Both the position numbers and the translations under genes were made by a program. A model generated the notes under the pieces. It was not told the DNA's origin, did no database searches, and saw only the letters and a list, made by a program, of their open reading frames with translations. This document shows, piece by piece, positions 19,057 to 29,014 of a stretch of 64,000 nt of DNA; positions within the stretch are counted from its first letter, which is position 1, and the number at the start of each line of letters is the position of its first letter. The stretch comes from Nitrospirota bacterium (GTDB taxonomy: Bacteria; Nitrospirota; Nitrospiria; Nitrospirales; Nitrospiraceae), in the NCBI GenBank assembly GCA_963703955.1, contig CAVPGK010000016.1:96001-160000 (forward strand), in the 5' to 3' direction.

Positions 19057-19132
19057 GCCGAGGTAGCTCAGTTGGCAGAGCACAGCCCTGAAAAGGCTGG
19101 TGTCGACAGTTCGATTCTGTCCCTCGGCACCA
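19057..19132 (+). tRNA. tRNA-Phe (GAA)
   Basis: GCCGAGG/CCTCGGC acceptor stem, CAGCC-CTGAAAA-GGCTG anticodon arm, TTCGATT T-loop, encoded CCA. Confidence 0.98.
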
Positions 19133-19206
19133 CTGCTCACCTACGTCGTTGATTCTCCTCGATTCCTCTCCACGAGCTTCACTCTGGGGTCTTCGTTCGG
19201 TACACA

Positions 19207-20010
19207 ATGGAGGCCCGAATGAGTACACAGAATCGCCGCACAGGGTATCACTCTCGCGTCGTAGTCCCCTCGGACCTACGTGCTATCCTTGATAGGCGAG
19301 AGTTCGTCAAAAGCCTGCGAACGTCGTCCTACTCCACGGCAGTTCTTCGAGGTCGTCAGTGGGAGGGGAGGCTTGCACGATTCTTCAGTTACGTCAAGGA
19401 GAACTATCGGCACATGACCCCACAGCAGATCGAGAAGCTTGTCCAGCAGTACGTCAGGGCGAGCCTCTGGCAGGGCGAAGAAGAACGCGCATGGCGAACC
19501 GTGGGACGACGACACGAGAGACGCCATCACAGCAGGTCTCGACGACGCCTTGGACAACTCCCAATTTGACCTCGTGAACAACTCCTATGACCGGATCGCG
19601 CCGACTGCTGAAGAACTGCTCGCAGCCAACCGTGTCACGACAGTTCCTAAGGGTTCACCGGACTATCAACGTCTCTGCCGTCGGCTCCTGCAAGCTCAAC
19701 AACTCAACAAGATGTTCTCCGGACAGAGATCAAACGGTGGAACGGGGTCTATCGCGGAGATGTAACAACTGGCGATGGAGGAGGAAGAGAAGGCAACGGC
19801 AATGGCGCTGCTGCCCCTGGTCCCGATGGTGGCCCTGCTTCCTTCTTCACGCCCCCAAAAGCTCCCGAAGATGCAGAGTTGGACGTGTCCGCAGAGATGT
19901 TCATGCCGGACGGCAAGCTGCTTATTTTTAATCGTGACCGGACGAATATCGAAACGAAATGGATCACCGGCATGACGTTTTCGGGAGGTACGGCGATCAA
20001 GATAGTTTGA
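19207..20010 (+). pseudogene. DUF6538-type integrase N-terminal relic
   Basis: YHSRVVVPSDLRAILDRREFVKSLRT; frameshift near 19490; 8-bp tandem duplication CTCAACAA at 19695-19710; catalytic domain absent. Confidence 0.8.
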
Positions 20011-20096
20011 TTCAAAGGGAGACAAACAGGCGACCATCCGTCCCCCTCGATCACTTCTCATGCAGTGTACCTACAGGCTAAACAGATGATCGACGT

Positions 20097-20168
20097 TCAT
20101 TTCTTGGGTCGTAACGCGAGCATCCAATACGCCACCGTGCTGAGCCCGAAAATAAACCAGAGGTTCAT
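20097..20168 (-). CDS. 23-aa hydrophobic peptide, type I toxin-like
   Basis: GGAGG RBS; MNLWFIFGLSTVAYWMLALRPKK. Confidence 0.55.
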   Translation of the reverse strand: MNLWFIFGLSTVAYWMLALRPKK

Positions 20169-20310
20169 GGCGTTGTCCTCCCGGGTCCTGATAACAACCT
20201 TGCAGCTACGCTCATCCTGGTACTGGCGGTACCGAGCCGGATATTCAGACGTGCGCTGAGTCAGCCCGCCCTTTATAATACTAGCGATACTACGTAGCCT
20301 TGGACCTACG

Positions 20311-20895
20311 CGTCAATTCGACTTTGGTTCTAACTTTATGACAGAAGTCTTACTCAGGAGTTAGTCCAATGAACCATGTACTGGCTCAACTGGGATTGGA
20401 GAATGGTGGAGTCGGGTGCGTCTCGAGGAGTCAGCGATGGTCGCTCGAACCATCGGAATGGTTGTTGAAACCCTCGAAGGGCAGCTTAGGGCGGTGCGCT
20501 TCCTGAGGTAGGTCGTGGGGCGATTCGCGAGGTGAGGATGCTTGCGGAGGAGGCGCGAGAACAGACTTGGGCGCACGTACTACACGCACTTCACTTTCTC
20601 GCCGCGTTCGCGCCGCGTGGACCGCGAGGTATGCCCAGCGTGTGCTTCGGACCTCCACGTGAACCACACCGTCGCGGCCGATCACGACACCACACCACGG
20701 CGGATAGTCGCCTCGTTTTGGTTTCTTCACTTTGTGCTCTGTCTCTTCTTGAGTTCCTTGCGGTACAACTCGCGCATCTCGTCGCTCCACACTTCGCGCT
20801 TCGTGTTTGCACGTATCAATTCCACGAGCTTCGCTTCAACAATGGAAGCGATAGCAACCGCCGTTGGAACATTCGTCAATTCGACTTTGGTTCTA
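20311..20895. repeat. 22-bp exact direct repeat CGTCAATTCGACTTTGGTTCTA (20311-20332, 20874-20895)
   Basis: Identical copies 563 bp apart; the minus-strand reading ends in TTGACG. Confidence 0.9.
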
Positions 20896-21057
20896 TATCG
20901 CAGCGAAGCTCGGATCGTCCCTTGGACTTCTCATTCGCGAGTCTTTATACAGTACCGTGGCTCAGATGGGAGCTAGAGAAGCATACCTTCTTCTCTCCTC
21001 GCTTTTTTGTACAGACTTAGTTAAACTTTCAACTCGTTCTTTTACGTATAGGTATGC

Positions 21058-21255
21058 CTGTCTCTCGGCGAAGCCGACACTCGCGCCAAACTGATTGATC
21101 CGGCGCTCTATACCTGTGGTTGGACAGAGGACCTGATCCGCCGTGAAGAGACGGCAGGTGCCATTGAGATCGTCGATGGTAAGCCGCGCAAACGCGGCTA
21201 TGAGGAAAGCCGCTGGGGCTCACGCTCAGTGGACCTATCTGGATTCTCCCCTTAG
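21058..21255 (+). pseudogene. hsdR: type I restriction subunit R N-terminal stub
   Basis: SLGEADTRAKLIDPALYTCGWTEDLIRREETAGAIEIVDGKPRKRG. Confidence 0.75.
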
Positions 21256-21297
21256 AAAAAAGTAGCCTGGGCAGGCTTCTTAGCTTAATAGGAAAAC

Positions 21298-21855
21298 ATG
21301 CGAAGGCCATCGCTTGCATTGATCAAAGAGCACGATACCGAAGGCGGGATCCATCTATTTCACGATCGGGGCAAGGATGAGCAATGGAAAATCTTCTTTG
21401 AGATCAAGATCAAAAATGAAGGTAGTGCTCGCGCAGAGAACTGGAGAGTTTGGTTTACTCCTCTTGATGACACGACCTGGGTCTTATTGGATCCTGCAGT
21501 TGCTCAGCAGGAAGCATACCGAAAAGATCCGCTATCCGGCAGGTATGAGACGATATTGGATGAAAGAACGCGGGTTCGGGACTTTTGCATTGAACCTCAT
21601 GAGGTCCATCCCATTCCAGGGCGCCACGCGATCGTATTGAAGGGCAACCCGTCGTTTGTAGAGATTCAGTTCAAATTGAACGCGGACAATATGGTGACCT
21701 TGTACGGGGTGTGGCGGATCACGCTTGATTGGAAAACCCATAAGGTTCTGTGGGACGAACAAATATCTGAAGAGGAACAAAGCGATCCCACAGAGCCGGT
21801 TGGTATTATTATTCATTTATTTGGCTGGATCCTTCGGCGGATTTTGGGTGGGTAA
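21298..21855 (+). CDS. hypothetical protein
   Basis: 185-aa ORF with FEIKIKNEGSARAEN beta-strand motif; possibly 5'-truncated. Confidence 0.55.
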   Translation: MRRPSLALIKEHDTEGGIHLFHDRGKDEQWKIFFEIKIKNEGSARAENWRVWFTPLDDTTWVLLDPAVAQQEAYRKDPLSGRYETILDERTRVRDFCIEPHEVHPIPGRHAIVLKGNPSFVEIQFKLNADNMVTLYGVWRITLDWKTHKVLWDEQISEEEQSDPTEPVGIIIHLFGWILRRILGG

Positions 21856-22684
21856 ATATGGCTGTACGGAAAAGTCGAGATGAGCTAACCCAGAGTAGGG
21901 GCACAGGGGGGATGTCGCGGCGGCTGATTGTCGGATAGCCTTTCACATTTTTTGCCAAAATGATTTCCGGCCTTTGGGGCGTATACGTAGTCCTGGTCCT
22001 CCGTCTTGACGATGCCCATCGCAACGAGGAACGAGCGCCCGTTGCTCAGATTCCCGGATGCATCACCCGTCTTAGTTCTCTCTCATGCAGAGATGATGAG
22101 GCATTTTGCTCCATGCTTTGCATCATACCCTAGACTGCGCCTGGGTCACGGACAAGTGGGCAGTTTCGGCGGATCCTGTCCGCTCCCATCTCCACAATTC
22201 ATGGTGCGGGTATGTGATTCGCGACGAGGTATTTGATGTCGAGAGGATGCAGCTTCGGCATAGCGACAATAACCTGCTTGGCGCGTTCGATGTCGCCCAA
22301 GGCAACATCGATCTAGACATCTTCCAGCACGTCGAGTATTTGGCCGAAGAGCGTGGTAAATGGCCTGCAAGCGGGAGGACAGCAGTTGGTGGACGCGATC
22401 TTTGACGGAGCCGAGGTAGCGCGCATCATGTTGTACACGTAACGTCCCGGCCCCTTGGAATATTCATTGCCCTGAGAGGTTCGAACGGGTATCCTTACTC
22501 GCCCAAGAAGCAGGGTCTAAGGACGACCTACAGGTGAGTGACCTAAGGAGGAACGGATGACGGATCAAGCGTTGACGTTCGGCGTCCGATCCAGCTTGAG
22601 GGGAAGACCCATAACAGGTCGGGATGACCGCGGTTGAAGCCGACGTAGTCGTGGAATCGGCGGGCGCCTTCAGGAGGAGCTTCA

Positions 22685-23093
22685 ATGAAACCCTCTAAGC
22701 AGAGCATCATTGCGTCCCCAAAAAGTGATTTCGATCGATTGACTGTGGCTCGTTTTATGGAAAGGGACGTGCAATACGTGGAACCGCAGACAAAAGCTGA
22801 TCGGATCGCTTTAAGGATGATCGAAGGATTCGGCGCCATTCCTGTCGCGAACAATAAACAGCAATTGGTCGGGATTGTCAGCGAATATGATCTTCTGGCT
22901 TCGTCCAGCAAGGTCGCGCATGGAGTGAGCTGATCGCGGAAGATATGTGACCACTCTCGTCTATGTCCTTCTGGCAAGCGATCTGATCCGAGTGCCGGTT
23001 GTCGACTCAGAGAACACATTGGTCGGAATCGTCGCCCGGCGAGATATCATTCGGGCGTATCTCAATTACGACGTAGAAAAGAACTCTAAATAG
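22685..23093 (+). pseudogene. CBS-domain protein, frameshifted with internal deletion
   Basis: AIPVANNKQQLVGIVSEYDLL, then in another frame RVPVVDSENTLVGIVARRDII. Confidence 0.8.
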
Positions 23094-23209
23094 GAACTCC
23101 AACAAGCACACCTGTATTCCTCGACAATCCGGTTCAGCATTGGCTGATTTGCAGGCGGAAAAGCAAGGCGCTCACTTGATCCCGAGCAGAAGAGCGTTAT
23201 CTATTCAAT

Positions 23210-23353
23210 GAGCGGAGGCCTCGGTGAGAGGAATACTCAAGGAATCGAGGTTAAGCGCAGGGGCGGTGTGCAGGCCCACCACTGAGTGGGAAGCCTAAAG
23301 CCTCTCCATGACCTCATCATGCAAGAACGAGCTCTCTAGACACGCCTCCGCTC
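23210..23353 (+). ncRNA. candidate structured RNA or leader
   Basis: Perfect 10-bp closing helix GAGCGGAGGC/GCCTCCGCTC enclosing three hairpins; starts 7 nt after a promoter-like motif. Confidence 0.45.
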
Positions 23354-23379
23354 TTCCGTAGTTCCTTCGCATCGGAGAG

Positions 23380-23979
23380 GTGATCATGCGCGGACACTTT
23401 CCTCTGGGCAATATGATCACGCCCACACATTTTGTTCGGTTCTATGATGATGATACCGCCCTGATCGAAGAGCTTACCTATTTTTTTAAGGCGGGGTTGG
23501 TGGCAGGTCAGGCCGCTATTGTTATTGCCACGAAACCACACCGAGATGCTCTTGAACAGCGACTGACGGCTGGGGGATACGATCTAGCGGCCTACCATCG
23601 AAGGGGGCAGTATGTTCCGCTGGATGCCGCCGCGACGCTCTCGAACATTATGGTGAATGACTGGCCTAACGAGCAACGGTTTCACGAGGTGGTGGGAAAT
23701 CTCATCGCCCAGGCGGACGCCCGCCATTTGTGGGTCCGGGCCTTTGGGGAGATGGTCGCCGTGCTATGGGCTGAAGGAAAACGGGAAGCCGCCCTTCATC
23801 TCGAAAAACTCTGGAATCGCCTCAGTGAAAGGCATTCGTTCTCATTGTATTGTGCGTACCCGACAGGAGCTTTTGACACAGCGTCCGCCAACGCTGGATT
23901 CAAGGACATTTGCATGGAACACATGTATGTTCTGCTTCCTGATCGCCAACGCGATAGTGCTCGTGAGCCATCACACTGA
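23380..23979 (+). CDS. stand-alone MEDS-domain protein
   Basis: HFVRFYDDD, VRAFGEMVAVLW, LEKLWN, LYCAY. Confidence 0.88.
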   Translation: MIMRGHFPLGNMITPTHFVRFYDDDTALIEELTYFFKAGLVAGQAAIVIATKPHRDALEQRLTAGGYDLAAYHRRGQYVPLDAAATLSNIMVNDWPNEQRFHEVVGNLIAQADARHLWVRAFGEMVAVLWAEGKREAALHLEKLWNRLSERHSFSLYCAYPTGAFDTASANAGFKDICMEHMYVLLPDRQRDSAREPSH

Positions 23980-24365
23980 CTCCCGCATGTTGCTGAGGAG
24001 CGGCCCTACGCAAAGGAATCCATGAGTAACAGTAGACTGAATTGGTTCCTTGGCATCGTCTTCCCGCTGTCCGATCACAGCTGTCTCACCGGGCGCCACT
24101 CGGACACTCATAGCATAGAGTTGTCCGCTGTGGGTGCCCTTATTCAGAGGACACTGCCGGACCTCCTCCCAGCGAATACAGAATTCTTTGAGCAAGCCTC
24201 AATCGGACGGGTAGTCTTGGAGAATCCGCCTTGGGGTTGGCTCCGTATAGAGAGTAGGGACGCACGATGAGAACGTACAATCAATCGGTGTCAGTGCCGC
24301 CATTTGCGCGCCTTGTACTAAGACAACCATTTCTCGCCTCTCGTTAGCCAGAATGGAGATTGGCG

Positions 24366-24506
24366 ATGGAACAGAAAGGGCCTCTTTATTTGCAAGAACA
24401 GTCTATGCCTGAATGGGATCTTACGCTGGCCAGGACTATTTTCTATCTCACCGTAGCCCTGAGCCTCTGGTTTTATTGGTTTGCCGGCATCAATTGTCCA
24501 TGTTAG
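24366..24506 (+). CDS. 46-aa single-pass membrane peptide ending in CPC
   Basis: GGAG RBS; MEQKGPLYLQEQSMPEWDLTLARTIFYLTVALSLWFYWFAGINCPC. Confidence 0.55.
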   Translation: MEQKGPLYLQEQSMPEWDLTLARTIFYLTVALSLWFYWFAGINCPC

Positions 24507-24684
24507 CAGACAATTGACGCTCGTCGTGACCACCATCTCCACGATTTCGGTCTTACGCGATGCCGATTGCCATGAGCCAGAGCTTTGCGATGTCGAGGAG
24601 ATCAGTGAGGAGGCGTACCTCTTACAAGAGTTGAATAATCGGTTATTAGGGGTGGGGTGAAAGGATAGGAAAGGAGTAAAGGCC

Positions 24685-24933
24685 ATGAACGTGAGAGTCT
24701 ACAGCCTGGTCGCCGCATCTATTCTCCTATCATCTCCGACGTTCGCGGCTGATCATGTACCAAGCAAGATCGAGATAGTGGTCGCTTCGTGCGTCAAAGC
24801 TGTTAAAGAGGAGCACAGCAACTTCGATGCGCATGTAGATAGTGACAACAGAGTGACGATGTTTGGCAGACAAGAGGAAATGTCCGAATTTGAAAAGTGT
24901 ATGCGCAGGCGCGGGTTCTCTTTGAATCGGTAA
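24685..24933 (+). CDS. small secreted protein
   Basis: AAGGAG RBS, signal peptide, two Cys. Confidence 0.65.
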   Translation: MNVRVYSLVAASILLSSPTFAADHVPSKIEIVVASCVKAVKEEHSNFDAHVDSDNRVTMFGRQEEMSEFEKCMRRRGFSLNR

Positions 24934-25244
24934 ACTGGGTTCTCGGGTGCCATAAGGTCTCCCCCACCTTTGATTGGCCAAATAAAGCATGTGGTAATAC
25001 TCATCAGCCGACTTCAGCAAGTGCCGTATTAGACGAGCCATGCAAAAATCGATATTCCTCCATCCTGACAATCGAAGTCGGAACTTCATCAGAAGTCGGT
25101 TATCTGCCCCTCGCTGATCGTGACTCGCTCCGTTTGGCCAGCGATCTGAATGTCGAACGCCCCGGGCGGCAACCCGATGACTTGATCCCCATGCCCACTG
25201 GCGATTTCTTTGCCCCCGTCCAACACTGCCATTTGGTCTGTTCC

Positions 25245-25671
25245 TTACTCCCCTTCAATTCTCCATCCTTCCCCAAACGGATTCATCGGGCTATCGGGGC
25301 GCAGTGGGTTGCCGGTACCGAGCGGATTATTGATGCTGTCAGGCGACAGCGGGTTCCCGTACCGTCCGAAGGGATTGCTGATCGAGTCGGGATCAAACTG
25401 GTTGGTGCTGAGTTTCCCGCGGTAGTTCTCTTCCTGGTCATAGAGGCGGGGCGTCTCAGTGGCGAAGGGATTGGTCGTGGAATAGGGACTGAGGGGATTG
25501 CCATATGGACCAAAGTGATTCGTAATGCTGTTCGGAGTGAGCGGGTTGCCACCGCCAAAAAGGATTCGTCGTCGAGTTGGATCCGAAGGGATTGGCACTC
25601 AGATCACCGAGGTATTCCGCTTGAGTGATCGGCGGAACGAGAAGTAGGATGAGAACGAGGACTGCGTTCAT
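25245..25671 (-). pseudogene. secreted NPFG/NPYG-repeat protein, +1 frameshift in a T run near 25557
   Basis: Two ORFs join: AEYLGDLSANPFGSNSTTNPF / GGGNPLTPNSITN...DPDSISNPFGRYG. Confidence 0.75.
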
Positions 25672-25854
25672 AGAACACCTCCAGCCGAAGCTGAGGACTA
25701 GGGTAATGTACTATACCCAGAAGGAAGGGTTCTACGGCTATAGGATGGCTGCTCGCTGTCTATATCCTGGAGTGGATTTGATCTGGCGGGACCGGCCTTC
25801 CAGGCGTCCCGATCATCGGATCCTGAACGGCACTCCGTAGACGTCAGAGATCCT

Positions 25855-26607
25855 TCAGGAATTGGAGCGGAAGGGGATCCTGCCGAAAGGGAAATGATTA
25901 CGCTTGCGGCTTGTGAACGTGTTTGAACCTTCCCGTTTGCCGAAGGCCCTTCGCCAAGCGAAAACCATTCCATAGAGCAGTAAGCCGCTACTAACTAGAA
26001 GAAGGGTCGCTGGCTCTGGTATCGGAGCGAACTCCAGGTTGAAACTATTGAGCTGACCGATGCCACCGCCGAAAGTGACAAAGGCGGCAGTCGCGAAGCC
26101 GCCACCTTCCAGGGTCAACTCCCCAAACGGCCCAATGACGTTGCCGCTGAAGGTGAAGTCCCCGAAGTTGGTTGGGAACGGCGGCAAACCAGACCCCGCT
26201 TCCAGGCTAGGGAAGGAGGCAGCAAAGCGGAAGGTGCCGGAGTAAATGGCCGAAGAGGGCGGTCCTGGGGGAAAAGGTTGTTGGTAGGTCACACCTTGAT
26301 AGGTCAACTGATCGGGCACTACAAAGGGAATGCAACATCGGATCGAGGAGAAGTTGACCGTCGTGGCTAAGGTAAATGGCTGCCCGATGGGGCCATTGAG
26401 GACGCTGGGGCGTGACAGTTCCCCCGTGGGAGCGGCCCCTGACAAATGAAAATCTGGGCCGAACAAACTAAAGCGGGGCTCCATATCGAGTCGTACTGAG
26501 GTACCAATAAAGCCTGATTCAATGGTGATGCTAGTCGCGAGGGCATCATCCTGCATTCCTAACACGCTGAGGATGCCCACTATCAACAGTCGCCCTGAGG
26601 TAGACAT
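25855..26607 (-). CDS. PEP-CTERM sorting-domain protein
   Basis: GGAGG RBS, signal peptide, IPEPATLLLVSSGLLLYGMVFAWRR. Confidence 0.85.
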   Translation of the reverse strand: MSTSGRLLIVGILSVLGMQDDALATSITIESGFIGTSVRLDMEPRFSLFGPDFHLSGAAPTGELSRPSVLNGPIGQPFTLATTVNFSSIRCCIPFVVPDQLTYQGVTYQQPFPPGPPSSAIYSGTFRFAASFPSLEAGSGLPPFPTNFGDFTFSGNVIGPFGELTLEGGGFATAAFVTFGGGIGQLNSFNLEFAPIPEPATLLLVSSGLLLYGMVFAWRRAFGKREGSNTFTSRKRNHFPFGRIPFRSNS

Positions 26608-27434
26608 GCTAGGCCTCCCGTGTCTTGTGGTGGCACACTACCTATCTCATCACTTCGGTACTGCCAACGGGTTTTACTTGGTCATTTAAATATTGCAAGT
26701 AAATACTGCAAGATCCAAACCAACGAGCATTCAGTGCGGCTGGTCGTCAGGAGGAGAAGAGTACTAATCAGGTACCCGAAGGTCTTGCTGTGACCCCTAA
26801 CGGGTTCTATGCGTGATGTCGTCGGCCGCTGAGCGCTGCGCGCAATGGAACCATTGGGTGGTGGCGCACATTCGTGACGACCCTTCAGAGCGACTGGGAC
26901 GTCCGCGCCCGCAGGATGATGGGGCGGTCCCGCACGGGGCGGCGAGATAGTTGTAAAGGGGGTTCCGTACCCCATGTCGGGGGGACGCCACCCCCACCTG
27001 CAATGGCCGAATATCGGCGAGCGGAGTCAGCGGCCCTGGTCCGTGATAACTCTGTTATAGACAACACACAGCGTGGATTAGCGAGGAGTTACGTATGTAT
27101 TAAGTATGTATCTCATAGTCGGGACGGCCAAACGCAGGTGTTCTGCTCTCCGGTACTTACATGTTATTGCAGCAACGAGACTGGGCAGGGTTTCTTTCTC
27201 CCGTCACAAAAATACAGTGCCTTGCATAACTATGAGAGCCTGGAACTCTCATTACCGGCCGATGTTACGTATGTTTGTCAACTTGTGCGAAACGTACTAG
27301 AAACCAATAATGTCTCCTAATTATTCAGGCGATGTGGCGCGGAATCATCCGGCTCGAACGTCTGCGATAGAACCGGAGACGGACGGGAAGCCACTGGCAC
27401 GTGACCATCGGGCCGGCTCGGTGGGATCATTGCC

Positions 27435-28881
27435 ATGACACTCAGTTGCGGTGAGCAACGGTTTTTCATCGGAACAGGGAGGTTTTCTGTGGCGGAACTG
27501 GATGAACGAGCAAGAAGGTTTGCTTGGCTCACGTTCACGATGCACCCGATTGAGTTGAATAAGAACCACACGATCCAAGCTCAGGGTCAGCTCTTTGATG
27601 GGGGCACCTACGCGCTACAGTTAACCGTCATACGGGTCGATACCGAAGGCGTGATGCTCTCTTATGCTGGTCGCGTGGCGGAGCATTGCTTCTTCGCACG
27701 ACGCTTAAAGGTCCCATTTGTAGCAGACCAACCGGTCCAGTTCGGTGTGACAAACGTGAGTCAAAGCCCAGCTACTCCGCCACTCTATGCCATGTGGGAG
27801 CGGAGTGTGCGAGTCGCGCCGGGCGAGACAGCCGTGATCATGATCGGACAGCTCGAAGGGGGAAGACTTGATGAGGCCGAGGAACTAGAGAAACTAGGCG
27901 GACTGATTAGTATAAGCCAACCTATGGTTGACCTACTCGCGCCGCTTCAGCTTATTGCTGACAGCGATGCCCCTGTGCTGGTCACCGGCGAAACAGGAAC
28001 AGGTAAGGAACTGCTCATGCGCGCTATCCATTCCCTGAGCCAGCGGGCGAACTCATCCTTCGTTCCCATTAATTGCGGTGCGCTGCCCGATTCACTGCTC
28101 GAGGCCGAACTCTTTGGTCACGAGCGGGGATCCTTTACGGGCGCTGACACCCGACGGGTCGGGCTATTGAAGGAAGCGGACGGAGGAACTGTTTGCCTCG
28201 ACGAAGTGGACGAGCTCACGCCGCGAGGACAGGTTGCCTTATTACGCGTGCTACAGGATAAGCGATTCCGTCCGATTGGGGCCACGCGCGAGCAGGTCAC
28301 GAATGTGCGCTTTGTTGCGGCCACCAACGCATCGCTCCATGACCTCGTCTGCACTGGTCGTTTCCGGGCAGACCTCTATTATCGGTTGTGCGTGTTTTCC
28401 CTTCATTTGCCTCCGTTGCGAGATCGCCGCGAGGACATCCTTCCGTTGGCCGAGCACTTCCTACGGAAGCATCCCACAGTCTCGGACATGATGCCCCGTC
28501 TTGCCCCTGAGGCTCGGCTGGCGCTTGTAGCTTATGCGTGGCCAGGCAACGTGCGGGAGCTCGAGAATGTCATGCTCCGCGCAGCTCAGCTCTCGCTCAA
28601 TGGCAATATTCGGCGTGGAGGCTCTCGGGATACCACCGGCACCTGCCGGCCTGGCCAAGGACCCCATCGACGAGTCCTTCACGACATTGAAGCGCCGTAC
28701 CATTGAGATGTTCGAGCATGACTATTTGACGCGTCTCATGCGTGATCACTGCGGAAACATCAGCGAAGCTGCGCGGGCTGCCGGAAAGGACCGACGGGAT
28801 CTTCGAAGGCTCCTGCAGAAGTACCGGATAAGTCGTACAAGTTTCTTGGCGTCCATTGCCGTGCTGGGGGCCGTTTGTTGA
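27435..28881 (+). pseudogene. sigma54-dependent Fis-family activator, +1 frameshift near 28610 before the HTH
   Basis: GETGTGKEL, ELFGHERGSFTGA, FRADLYYRL, WPGNVREL; Fis HTH GNISEAARAAG in the next frame. Confidence 0.88.
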
Positions 28882-29014
28882 GCGGATAGGACGGAGTCAG
28901 CGGAGCCGACTTTTAGCATCAGACGATCCTTTCTTGCTCGCTCGAGTATACAAATTCGGAAGAGCATACCTGTGAAAGCGAGCATAGACTGATCACACAC
29001 CATAGGAGGCAATC

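Noticed and set aside
22006..22430. Overlapping short ORFs on both strands
   Set aside because: No RBS or family signal; probably an unidentifiable decayed gene
23255..23310. c-di-GMP-I riboswitch (GAGTGGGAAGCCTAAAGCC)
   Set aside because: Lacks the GCAAA element, GNRA tetraloop and receptor; kept only as an unknown structured RNA
27022..28903. 12-bp direct repeat CGGAGTCAGCGG flanking the sigma54 gene
   Set aside because: A single 12-mer match in GC-rich DNA over about 2 kb is plausible by chance; no transposase or inverted ends
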